Shown here piece after piece: positions 26,005 through 34,344 of a stretch of DNA of 38,607 bases (positions are counted from its first letter, which is position 1; every line of letters starts with the position of its first letter). This stretch comes from an uncultured Candidatus Saccharibacteria bacterium (GTDB lineage Bacteria; Patescibacteriota; Minisyncoccia; Minisyncoccales; PEYH01). Location: the NCBI GenBank assembly GCA_964563465.1, contig CAZLVZ010000001.1:1-38607 (forward strand). The letters run 5' to 3'. The notes under the pieces are model-generated. The model did no database searches. It worked only from the letters and a program-made list of their open reading frames with translations, and had not been told where the DNA came from. The translations under genes and the position numbers were made by a program.

Positions 26005-27372
26005 ATGATTAAAATTACCGACAAAATAGAAATAGCGAAAGAAATGGCTGATTTGGTCAAAAAAAATGTAATTAGCATTGATTCATTCAAAAAAGAAATT
26101 GAAAAAAATTTAGAAAAAGAAACTACTGAATTAATAGGAGTTATTTTGGCCGGGGCTATAAACCTTTCAGCTTCTGACATTCATTTTGAGCCACAAGAAA
26201 AAGAAGTAAGAGCAAGAATACGAATGGACGGAATGCTCCATGATGTTATTTCTCTCTCTACGGAAACATATCATCTTCTATTGTCGCGTATCAAGCTTTT
26301 AGCTAGCCTAAAACTTAATGTTCACGACAAACCACAAGACGGGAGCTTCTCTGTTGTTGTCCCCATTTCAATAGACAATAAAAAGAATGTTTTAGGTAAA
26401 GAAAAAATAGGTGCTAAAAAAATAAAAAACAAAGATGCTTTAGAGATTGAAATTAGAACATCTTCTCTCCCAGCAGATTTTGGAGAATCCGTGGTAATGA
26501 GAATATTAAATCCTGAAAGCTTAAAAAGTATTGAAGACCTTGGTTTAAGAGAAGACCTCTCGGAATTATTCAAAAAAGAAATTAAAAAGCCAAACGGAAT
26601 GATAATCATTACCGGACCGACTGGTTCTGGTAAAACAACTACGCTTTATGCTTTTTTGAAGCATATTCAAAATCCAGAAATTAAAATTATCACAATAGAA
26701 GACCCAATAGAATATAGATTAACTGGTCTTTCTCAAACACAAGTTGATGTAAAAAAGGGTTATGATTTTGCTAACGGGCTTCGCTCAATTGTAAGACAAG
26801 ACCCTGATGTTATATTAGTCGGAGAAGTGAGGGATATGGAAACCGCTAAAATTTCTCTTCAAGCAGCACTTACTGGACATCTCGTGTTTTCTACTTTGCA
26901 CACAAACGATGCGGCTGGTGCTATCCCCCGATTAACCTCTCTTGGCGCTAACACTATAAATATTGGGCCAGCAATAAATATGATTATTGCACAACGATTA
27001 GTAAGAAAAGTTTGTAAAAAATGTGTTAAAATGGAATTAGCTAACATTGAAGAAAAAGAAAAAATAAAAAACGCTTTAAAAGGCGTTCCGGAATCCGTCC
27101 TTCCTTCTTCTGCTCAAGAAAATATGATTATTGCGAAACCACAAGGATGCAAGGAGTGTAATTTTACGGGATACAAAGGAAGAATTGGTATATTTGAAGC
27201 ATTTTTGGTAACTGACGAGATTGAATCACTTATTTTAAAAAATCCTAGCATTGTTGAAATTAAAAAAATAATTTATAAAAACAAAACATTGCTTATGCGT
27301 CAAGACGGTATGATTAAAGTCCTTCAGGGCGTAACGAGCATTGAAGAAATAGATAGAACAACAAGTGAATAA
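26005..27372 (+). CDS. Type IV pilus / type II secretion assembly ATPase (PilB/GspE family)
   Basis: Walker A GPTGSGKTTT, Asp box ITIEDPIEY, Walker B DPDVILVGEVRD, His box TGHLVFSTLHTN, tetracysteine CKKC...CKECNFTGYKGRIGIFE. Confidence 0.85.
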   Translation: MIKITDKIEIAKEMADLVKKNVISIDSFKKEIEKNLEKETTELIGVILAGAINLSASDIHFEPQEKEVRARIRMDGMLHDVISLSTETYHLLLSRIKLLASLKLNVHDKPQDGSFSVVVPISIDNKKNVLGKEKIGAKKIKNKDALEIEIRTSSLPADFGESVVMRILNPESLKSIEDLGLREDLSELFKKEIKKPNGMIIITGPTGSGKTTTLYAFLKHIQNPEIKIITIEDPIEYRLTGLSQTQVDVKKGYDFANGLRSIVRQDPDVILVGEVRDMETAKISLQAALTGHLVFSTLHTNDAAGAIPRLTSLGANTINIGPAINMIIAQRLVRKVCKKCVKMELANIEEKEKIKNALKGVPESVLPSSAQENMIIAKPQGCKECNFTGYKGRIGIFEAFLVTDEIESLILKNPSIVEIKKIIYKNKTLLMRQDGMIKVLQGVTSIEEIDRTTSE

Positions 27373-27513
27373 AACATAAACCCCTGGCTGAAATATCTTC
27401 ATAACCACAAAGACCAGAATTTTCCCGAGGAATAACCCAGCCAGAGCCAGCTTACCCGGTCTAAGAAAAACCCCTATTCAACCAGGGATGTTATTATTAT
27501 ACTAAAAAATAAA

Positions 27514-28545
27514 ATGATTGTCAAGTCCAACGACAATTTATCAAAAACTAATTCAAGTTTATCTCAAAATGAAGCTCCCCTTTCAGAAGAGGGGAACACT
27601 TTAGATCAAACCCTAAGACCTAAAAGCTGGAACGACTTTGTCGGTCAAGAAAAAACAAAAAAGAATATTAAAATTATGCTCCAGGCCGCAAATGAACGAA
27701 GGGAAACGGCAGATCATATTCTTTTTTGTGGCGGACCAGGACTTGGCAAGACCACGCTATCTTATTTGGTTGCTCAAACGGCTGAGAGCAATATAAGAAC
27801 TGCTTCTGGACCGTCAATTCAAAAACCAGGAGACTTGGCAGCAATACTAACATCTCTTTCAGACAAAGATATTCTTTTTATAGATGAAATACATCGCTTA
27901 AATAGCGCTTGCGAGGAAATAATTTATCCGGCAATGGAAGATTTTGAATTGAACATAATCACTGGCACTGGCCCAATGGCAAAAACTCTGAAAATAGAAC
28001 TTGCTCGTTTTACTTTAATTGGAGCAACTACAAGAATTGGTTTGTTATCTTCTCCGTTAAGAGATCGTTTTGGCGCTACTTTTCAAATTGATTTCTATAA
28101 TATAGAAGATATTGAAAAAATTATTGAAAAATCAGCCACAATTTTAAAAATAAAAATTGATAAACCCGCAATAAAGCTTATTGCTCAATGTTCTAGATTC
28201 ACTCCAAGAATAGCAAATAGACTTTTAAGAAGAATCAGAGATTTCGCGCAGATAGAAGGAAGGGGCGTAATTGATGAAAAAATCACTAAATTAGGCATGG
28301 AAGAGATGGAGATAGACGAGCTGGGTCTTGGCCATAGAGATAGAAAACTATTGGAAATTATTATTGAAAAATTTCAAGGTGGTCCGGTTGGACTCCAAGC
28401 GTTAGCCGCCGTTGCCTCCGAGGAACAGGACAATATTTTAGGAGTTTACGAGCCATACCTCTTGCGACTTGGATTAATTAATAGAACTTCAAAAGGCCGA
28501 ACTGCTACTCAAAAAGCATATAAGCATCTCCATAAAAAAAATTAA
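27514..28545 (+). CDS. ruvB: Holliday junction branch-migration helicase RuvB
   Basis: LRPKSWNDFVGQEK, GGPGLGKTTL, ILFIDEIHRL, GATTR, RFTPRIANRLLRR. Confidence 0.95.
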   Translation: MIVKSNDNLSKTNSSLSQNEAPLSEEGNTLDQTLRPKSWNDFVGQEKTKKNIKIMLQAANERRETADHILFCGGPGLGKTTLSYLVAQTAESNIRTASGPSIQKPGDLAAILTSLSDKDILFIDEIHRLNSACEEIIYPAMEDFELNIITGTGPMAKTLKIELARFTLIGATTRIGLLSSPLRDRFGATFQIDFYNIEDIEKIIEKSATILKIKIDKPAIKLIAQCSRFTPRIANRLLRRIRDFAQIEGRGVIDEKITKLGMEEMEIDELGLGHRDRKLLEIIIEKFQGGPVGLQALAAVASEEQDNILGVYEPYLLRLGLINRTSKGRTATQKAYKHLHKKN

Positions 28546-28671
28546 ATCGCATAATCTAAATCTTAGAACAATTATCGAAATCTATACCTATTAAAAATTC
28601 TGACTAAAATTTTATTTAAATTTTTTGTTTTATTTCTTTCAATATTCTGGTTATCTCCGGTTAGTTTTGTT

Positions 28672-29313
28672 TTGTGCCAAGAAAAAACAATAGTTATTAA
28701 TGAAATTGCTTGGATGGGAACAGAAGAGCAATGGCAAAACGAATGGATAGAGTTATATAATCCAACCGACATACCTATTTCTCTTGATGGATGGAAATTA
28801 AAAGCAAAGGACGACAACCCCACGATAGAACTATCGGGAATCATTAAAAAACATTCTTATTTCTTATTAGAAAGAACCGACGACACTACTGTCCCAAAAA
28901 TTACAGCTGAACAAATTTTTAAAGGAGGATTGAGTAATAATGGAGAAACTCTATTTCTTCTAAATAATTTTGATGAAATAATTGACGAAATAGATTGCTC
29001 TTTGGGCTGGTTTGCTGGAAACAATGAAACCAAAAAAACAATGGAACGGATTGATCCTCTCGCATTTGGGTCACATCCGAGTAATTGGAAAACAAGTCAA
29101 AAAGCCGGTGGCACTCCACAACAAGAAAATAGTCCAAACAAAAAAATTGAAAACAAGAAAGAACTTGGGACAACTTTTACTACAACTAATAGTTCAAATT
29201 TCTTTTTTAATTTAACTATAGCTTCAGTTCTTTCTTTATTCTTCTCTATGCTCGTTGTGTCTATTTGGTTGAAAATAAAAGAAAAAAGGAATAAGATAAA
29301 AAAGAACTATTAA
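28672..29313 (+). CDS. Lamin-tail-domain (LTD) protein with C-terminal TM anchor; true start probably upstream of 28672
   Basis: INEIAWMGTEEQWQNEWIELYNPTDIPISLDGWKL...SNNGETLFL is an LTD. C-terminal FFFNLTIASVLSLFFSMLVVSIWL + KEKRNK. An in-frame hydrophobic leader lies upstream (see finding). Confidence 0.65.
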   Translation: MCQEKTIVINEIAWMGTEEQWQNEWIELYNPTDIPISLDGWKLKAKDDNPTIELSGIIKKHSYFLLERTDDTTVPKITAEQIFKGGLSNNGETLFLLNNFDEIIDEIDCSLGWFAGNNETKKTMERIDPLAFGSHPSNWKTSQKAGGTPQQENSPNKKIENKKELGTTFTTTNSSNFFFNLTIASVLSLFFSMLVVSIWLKIKEKRNKIKKNY

Positions 29314-29324
29314 AATGTGAAAAT

Positions 29325-30041
29325 ATGAGTGGTCATAGTCACGCAAAAACAGTTCAACATACTAAACAGGCAGCTGCAGAAAAACGAGGGAAAATTTTTT
29401 CTAAACTTTCACGCGTAATTTCTCTTGTAGCGAAAAATAATGGTGACCCAAGTATGAATTCGGAACTTCGGATGGTTATAGAACAAGCCAGAAAGGCCAA
29501 TATGCCTAACGAAAACATAGAAAGGGCTATCAAAAAGGGAACTGGAGAGATTGAGGGGGAATCATTGGAAGAATTTTGCTTTGAAGCCTATGGACCCGCC
29601 AAAAGCGCTATTATTGTTCTTGGTATTACTAATAATAAAAATCGGGCATTGGGTGAGATAAAACAAATTCTTCAACAAAACAATGCTAAATTGGCAGAAG
29701 AGGGCTCTGTAAAATGGCAATTTGAAAATATGGGAGTGATAACAATAGATTTAGGAGAAAGAGAAAAAGAAAAAGTAGAGATGATGGTTATTGAATCTGG
29801 CGCAGAGGATATGCGTTGGCAAGGAGAATTTTTAAAGACATATGTTGAGCCAAAAAAAATAGAAGAAGTCAAAAAAGAAATAGAAGCGAAAGGATTGAGC
29901 ATAATCTCTGCTGACTTAGGGTGGGTAGCAAAAGAAGAAATTATGGTTGATGAAAAAAGCAAAAATGCCATAGAAAAATTATTTTCTGCCTTAGAAGAAA
30001 ATGATGATGTCCACAAAATATATTCAAACGCTAAGATGTAA
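29325..30041 (+). CDS. yebC: YebC/PmpR-family protein
   Basis: MSGHSHAKTVQHTKQAAAEKRGKIFSKLSR...ARKANMPNENIERAIKKG is typical of the family. Confidence 0.9.
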   Translation: MSGHSHAKTVQHTKQAAAEKRGKIFSKLSRVISLVAKNNGDPSMNSELRMVIEQARKANMPNENIERAIKKGTGEIEGESLEEFCFEAYGPAKSAIIVLGITNNKNRALGEIKQILQQNNAKLAEEGSVKWQFENMGVITIDLGEREKEKVEMMVIESGAEDMRWQGEFLKTYVEPKKIEEVKKEIEAKGLSIISADLGWVAKEEIMVDEKSKNAIEKLFSALEENDDVHKIYSNAKM

Positions 30042-30089
30042 AAATCACAAAATTTTTACGCTGTAGTATATTTTTAAAACTATCTCTTT

Positions 30090-30118
30090 GTTAAATCGTT
30101 AAATCGTTAAATTGTTAT
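30090..30118 (+). repeat. Tandem 8-mer GTTAAATC x3.5 abutting the ruvC start
   Basis: GTTAAATC GTTAAATC GTTAAATT GTTAT then ATG 30119. Confidence 0.6.
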
Positions 30119-30613
30119 ATGATTATTCTTGGCATTGACCCTGGAACTGCAACTACTGGCTTTGGCGTAATAGAGCAATCCAAAAAAGGACTTGCTCTAT
30201 TGTCTTATGGTTGTATAAAAACATTTCCCATTGACTCTAACGAAGAACGGCTAAATCAAATATTCAATGGAATGAATAAGATAATAAAAGAACATAATCC
30301 AGATGTTTTTGTAATAGAACAGCTTTTCTTTTTTAAAAATGCAAAAACCGCAATTCCCGTAAGCCAAGCAAGAGGGGTTATGTTGCTATCGGCAGTTAAA
30401 AAAAAGATTCCGATTTATGAGTTCACTCCATTACAGGTAAAGATGAACATTGTCGGTTATGGTAGGGCGTCAAAAATTCAAATTCAAAAAATGGTAAAAA
30501 TATTGCTTAACTTAAAAGAAATTCCACGACCAGACGATGCTGCTGACGCCTTGGCATTAGCTATTTGTTATACTTATCTTCCGAAAATCTCAAAAAAGAC
30601 AAAAAATGCTTGA
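30119..30613 (+). CDS. ruvC: Crossover junction endodeoxyribonuclease RuvC
   Basis: MIILGIDPGTATTGFGVIE...VIEQLFF...DAADALALAICY. Confidence 0.9.
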   Translation: MIILGIDPGTATTGFGVIEQSKKGLALLSYGCIKTFPIDSNEERLNQIFNGMNKIIKEHNPDVFVIEQLFFFKNAKTAIPVSQARGVMLLSAVKKKIPIYEFTPLQVKMNIVGYGRASKIQIQKMVKILLNLKEIPRPDDAADALALAICYTYLPKISKKTKNA

Positions 30614-30637
30614 CAAAACTCTTTAGATGCATATAAT
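30610..30637 (+). promoter_or_regulatory. Consensus sigma-70-type promoter overlapping the ruvC stop
   Basis: TTGACA (30610-30615), 16 nt, TATAAT (30632-30637). Confidence 0.6.
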
Positions 30638-30698
30638 AAGCAATATGCAGAAAAAAGGTCGCTGATATCTTACTATTAAAATTAAAAAAACGATTAAT

Positions 30699-30872
30699 AT
30701 GGAATACGAAGATAATGTTTTAGGAAGCTTAACCAACGAGGAAGGAGCAGAAGAAGAGACTGAAGAAAAAGTTGAGGAAGGAGCAGAAGAAGAGACTGAA
30801 GAAAAAGTTGAGGAAGGAACAGAAGAAGAGACCGAAGAAGATTCTAAGGACGACGAAGAAGAAGAGAACTAA
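30699..30872 (+). CDS. Hyper-acidic 57-aa tandem-repeat mini-protein (below ORF-track size cut-off)
   Basis: ATG...TAA reads MEYEDNVLGSLTNEEGAEEETEEKVEEGAEEETEEKVEEGTEEETEEDSKDDEEEEN. 31 of 57 residues are D/E and 3 are K. Bracketed by a consensus promoter and a strong terminator. No SD seen. Confidence 0.5.
   Translation: MEYEDNVLGSLTNEEGAEEETEEKVEEGAEEETEEKVEEGTEEETEEDSKDDEEEEN
30738..30839 (+). repeat. 36-bp tandem repeat, 2 identical units + a third partial unit with 2 substitutions
   Basis: GAGGAAGGAGCAGAAGAAGAGACTGAAGAAAAAGTT at 30738-30773 and 30774-30809, then GAGGAAGGAACAGAAGAAGAGACCGAAGAA. Confidence 0.85.
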
Positions 30873-30874
30873 CT

Positions 30875-30910
30875 AAAACCCCCTCTGTTTCGCAGAGGGG
30901 GTTTTAGTTT
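30875..30910 (+). terminator. Strong rho-independent terminator, ends a few nt before the PBP1A ATG
   Basis: AAAACCCCCTCTG-TTTCG-CAGAGGGGGTTTT followed by AGTTT. Confidence 0.75.
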
Positions 30911-30916
30911 AAATAG

Positions 30917-32842
30917 ATGGCTATCAAAACTTATCATCACCAAGCATATAATCAAAGAACAAAAATTAAGCATTTTTTGAAAACCTTAATGTTTTTGTTT
31001 GTGCTTTTTTTGTTAATAATCGGTTTGATAGGATTAATGGTTTTTATTTATTACGCCAAAGATCTACCAAGACCAGAAGTTTTTACTGAAAGAGAACAAA
31101 TAATGCCAACGAGGATATATGATAGAACGGGGGAAGTTCTTCTTAGAACTATCTATGGAGAAGAAAAGAGACAAATAGTATCGTTGGATAAAATTCCAGA
31201 CCATCTTATTAATGCAGTTTTGGCTACCGAAGATGCTAACTTCTACAAACACAAGGGTATAGACCCCAAAGCTATTGTGCGAGCTATTCTTATTGATCTA
31301 AGGCTTAAGAAGGCCGTTCAAGGAGCATCTACTATTAGCCAGCAACTTATGCGTTCAACATTTTTATCTTCCGAAAAAACAGCGAAAAGAAAAATAAGGG
31401 AATTAATCTTGACGCTGGAATTAGAAAGAAAATATTCGAAAAATCAGATTTTAGAATGGTATCTTAATCAGGTTTCGTTCGGCCCAAATATTTACGGGAT
31501 AGGAGAAGTAAACAGCACTTATTTTAATAAACCATTAGAAGAAATTACCATAGCGGAATCGGCTATTCTCGCCTCGCTCATTAAGGCTCCAAGCTATTAC
31601 TATCCTTACGGACAAAATCAAGAAAACTTATTGAATAGAAAAAACTATGTTTTAGATAGAATGGCTCAAGAGCATTATATTTCCGAAGATGACGCTCAAA
31701 AAGCCAAAGAGGAAAAAATTGAATTTGCTGAACTTAATTTTACTTTTAAAAAAGCGGCTCACTTTATTTTATATGTTGAAAACTATTTATATCAAAAATA
31801 TGGATCAAATTTTCTCAAAGAAAAAGGATTAAAAGTTTACACAACTCTTGATTTGGGTCTTCAGGAGGTAGCCAAAGAAGCGATAGAAACTGGGATAAAA
31901 AGAAACGAGATGTATAGATCTTTTAATGCCTCTTTGGTTGCGATTAGCCCAAAAGATGGAGAAATTTTAGCCATGATCGGTTCAAGGGATTATTTTGGAG
32001 AATCTTATCCAAAGGATTGCGATGTCGGCCTTAATTGTAAATTTGAACCAAAGGTAAATGTCGCAACCTACGGAGAGGGACAACAGCCAGGTTCAGCCTT
32101 TAAGCCATTTGCCTATGCTACTGCTTTCAAAAAGGGTTATACTCCAGACAATATTGTAATTGATGAAAAAACTAATTTTGGTAAATGGGGAGACAAAGAA
32201 TATATTCCACAAAATTACGATAATCGCTATAGGGGACCCGTAACAATTAGACAAGCGTTGGCTCAATCACTAAACATACCGTCTATAAAAATATTACTTG
32301 CTGCTGGCATCAAAGATTGTTTGGACACAGCTCACGATTTGGGTATTACTACCTTAAATGAGGGATCTTCTTTTTACGGTCCATCTTTAGTGCTCGGTTC
32401 AGGAGAGGTAAAGCTCATAGATATGGTTTCTGCTTACGGAGTTTTTGCAAACAATGGGCTAAAGGTTTCTCCAACAGCGATATTAAGAATTGAAGATCAA
32501 GACGGAAATATTATAGAAGAAAACACAAAAAGTCCAAAAAGAGTATTATCTGAAAGCGTTTCTGAAACAATAAATGACATTCTCTCCGACAATGTTGCCA
32601 GAAGCCCAATGTTTGGTGCTCATTCGTTGCTTTATTTTCCAGATAATTGGGTCGCAGCCAAGACTGGAACGACTGACGGATTTAGAGATGCTTGGACCAT
32701 TGGTTATACCCATTCCATAGCAATTGGCGTCTGGACTGGCAATAACGATAACAGCTCTACTGCCAAAAAACCGGGAATAACTATAGCTGGTCCGATGTGG
32801 CATCAAGTTATGAATTACGCTTTAACAATGGGGCAGTATTAA
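30917..32842 (+). CDS. Class A penicillin-binding protein (glycosyltransferase GT51 + transpeptidase)
   Basis: N-terminal TM, GT51 ATEDANFYKHKGID and RKIRELILTLELE, transpeptidase SAFKPF and KTGTT. Confidence 0.9.
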   Translation: MAIKTYHHQAYNQRTKIKHFLKTLMFLFVLFLLIIGLIGLMVFIYYAKDLPRPEVFTEREQIMPTRIYDRTGEVLLRTIYGEEKRQIVSLDKIPDHLINAVLATEDANFYKHKGIDPKAIVRAILIDLRLKKAVQGASTISQQLMRSTFLSSEKTAKRKIRELILTLELERKYSKNQILEWYLNQVSFGPNIYGIGEVNSTYFNKPLEEITIAESAILASLIKAPSYYYPYGQNQENLLNRKNYVLDRMAQEHYISEDDAQKAKEEKIEFAELNFTFKKAAHFILYVENYLYQKYGSNFLKEKGLKVYTTLDLGLQEVAKEAIETGIKRNEMYRSFNASLVAISPKDGEILAMIGSRDYFGESYPKDCDVGLNCKFEPKVNVATYGEGQQPGSAFKPFAYATAFKKGYTPDNIVIDEKTNFGKWGDKEYIPQNYDNRYRGPVTIRQALAQSLNIPSIKILLAAGIKDCLDTAHDLGITTLNEGSSFYGPSLVLGSGEVKLIDMVSAYGVFANNGLKVSPTAILRIEDQDGNIIEENTKSPKRVLSESVSETINDILSDNVARSPMFGAHSLLYFPDNWVAAKTGTTDGFRDAWTIGYTHSIAIGVWTGNNDNSSTAKKPGITIAGPMWHQVMNYALTMGQY

Positions 32843-32864
32843 AATTCAAGAATTGTTTTAAAAA

Positions 32865-32899
32865 ATGACTATCTAAAAAGATAATCATTTTTTTATTCA
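32865..32899. terminator. Possible bidirectional terminator between convergent PBP and dnaN
   Basis: AAAAAATGACTATC-TAAAAA-GATAATCATTTTTTT. AT-rich 10-bp stem with one mismatch, flanked by an A run and a T run. Confidence 0.35.
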
Positions 32900-32918
32900 A
32901 ACAAATTTTTGCCTTAAC

Positions 32919-34052
32919 CTAACTCCCCTTGATTGGCATAATTACATAGATATAACTATCATCATTCATTGGCTTTAAAACGCCTGGGCCATCTTGTCCG
33001 TTAAGCTCTATAATAACTTCTTTATTCTTGATCTGTCCAAGTCCTTCAGCCAAAAATTTGTAATTAAAGCTTACAATAGTATCTTCTCCCTTTATCTCGG
33101 CAGTTAAATTAGAATTCGTCTCACCCAAATCAACATTTTGCGAAGAAATTTCTATACTCCCCTTTTTGGCGCTTATCACCATTTTTATCTCATTTGTTCT
33201 TCCGCTAAACAAACTAGCGCTTTTGATTTGATTAAGAAGAGCATCTCTTGAAACAACAACACGGGTCTTAAATTCTTTAGGAATCACTTCTTGATAATCA
33301 GGATATTCACCTTCGATTAATCGAGAAACGATTCTCGCTTGAGGATTTTTGCTTTCTGTAAAATAATTTTCGGCCATAATTTGGCTTGGAGAAATATAAA
33401 CCTTAACAACCCCTTCTTGCTCGGAAAATATATTAACCAACTCCTTGGCTGCATTCCTTGGGAGAATAATCGATTGAGGCGCCGTTAATTCGTTAACTGA
33501 ATTATCAAAGTTGATTGTCTTTTCCGCCAAGCGAAAACTGTCCGTTGACACTATTTTAAGATTGTTTTTTGTTAGAAAAAGATATAGTCCAGAAAGTTCT
33601 GGGCGGACTTGAGTTAATGCACAAAAATCTATTACTTGCATTATTCCCTGACAAAAAGATTTGTTGTTTATTTCAAACCAATTGTCAGAAATTACCTCGG
33701 GAATAATTGGGAAATCTTTTGCTTCCAGTCCCTTTATTTGAGTTTTGTAATTTTCTCCTTTTAGAGATAAAACCTTTTCCCTTGTCTCCATTACGAGTTT
33801 GTCTTCGTTTAGGAAAGAAACAAAACTTGAAAGTGTTTTTGCTGGAATTGTAATCTCTCCTTTTTCTTCAACCTTTGCTAATCCCCAATAGCTTATCCCT
33901 ATTTCGAGGTCAGTAGTTGAAAGCTTAAGAGAATTTCCTTCTGCTTTAATTAAAACATTGTTTAAGATTGGAAGAGTTAAATTTCTTCCAATTATTCTTT
34001 CAACGATATTTAGTCCTTTAACTAATTTTTCTTTTAAAATAGTAATTTTCAT
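32919..34052 (-). CDS. dnaN: DNA polymerase III beta sliding clamp
   Basis: 377 aa, MKITILKEKLVKGLNIVERIIGRNLTLPILNNVLI..., located directly downstream of dnaA. Confidence 0.95.
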   Translation of the reverse strand: MKITILKEKLVKGLNIVERIIGRNLTLPILNNVLIKAEGNSLKLSTTDLEIGISYWGLAKVEEKGEITIPAKTLSSFVSFLNEDKLVMETREKVLSLKGENYKTQIKGLEAKDFPIIPEVISDNWFEINNKSFCQGIMQVIDFCALTQVRPELSGLYLFLTKNNLKIVSTDSFRLAEKTINFDNSVNELTAPQSIILPRNAAKELVNIFSEQEGVVKVYISPSQIMAENYFTESKNPQARIVSRLIEGEYPDYQEVIPKEFKTRVVVSRDALLNQIKSASLFSGRTNEIKMVISAKKGSIEISSQNVDLGETNSNLTAEIKGEDTIVSFNYKFLAEGLGQIKNKEVIIELNGQDGPGVLKPMNDDSYIYVIMPIKGS

Positions 34053-34344
34053 AAATGATTTTTAATTAATTGTTAGTAACTATTATTAATTAAATTATTA
34101 TATTATTGTTGTTATTAGGGTTCTTGTTTTTCGCTTTGTTTCTTTTGTTTTCGCTATATCTTCGGGGTTGGTCTAATGGATAAGTTGTTAACAATATGGT
34201 TGTGGTGTCGTTGATAAACTCTTTGCTAATGGTGGACAAAATTAGCCCGTTCAATAATAGTTGTTTTTATCCCCAAGTTGTTCTCAATTATTCCTTGTTT
34301 TATCAACACTTTGTCCACAAGGTTTTGAACAGGCGTTATTTGAC
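34053..34344. other. oriC candidate (AT-rich unwinding region + DnaA-box cluster)
   Basis: Almost pure A/T at 34053-34120. Boxes TTATCCCCA (34267-34275), TTATCAACA (34300-34308) and TTGTCCACA (34311-34319), plus inverted TTGTCCACC (34232-34240). Consensus is TTATCCACA. Confidence 0.6.

Noticed and set aside
27373-27513. Tested whether the GC-rich spacer is SRP (4.5S) RNA, 6S RNA or a tRNA-like element
   Set aside because: No GGAAGCAGC-type SRP domain IV motif, no cloverleaf, and too short for 6S. Only kept as an unclassified candidate.
28572-28844. 90-aa - strand ORF overlapping the LTD gene start
   Set aside because: Overlaps a recognisable LTD coding region on the other strand and has no domain signal.
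30645-30665. 6-codon mini-ORF (MQKKGR) in the leader of the acidic gene
   Set aside because: Too short, no SD, and could arise by chance in A-rich sequence.
30738-30839. Considered whether the 36-bp tandem repeats are a mini CRISPR array
   Set aside because: Units are contiguous with no spacers and are in frame within an ORF. No cas genes are present.
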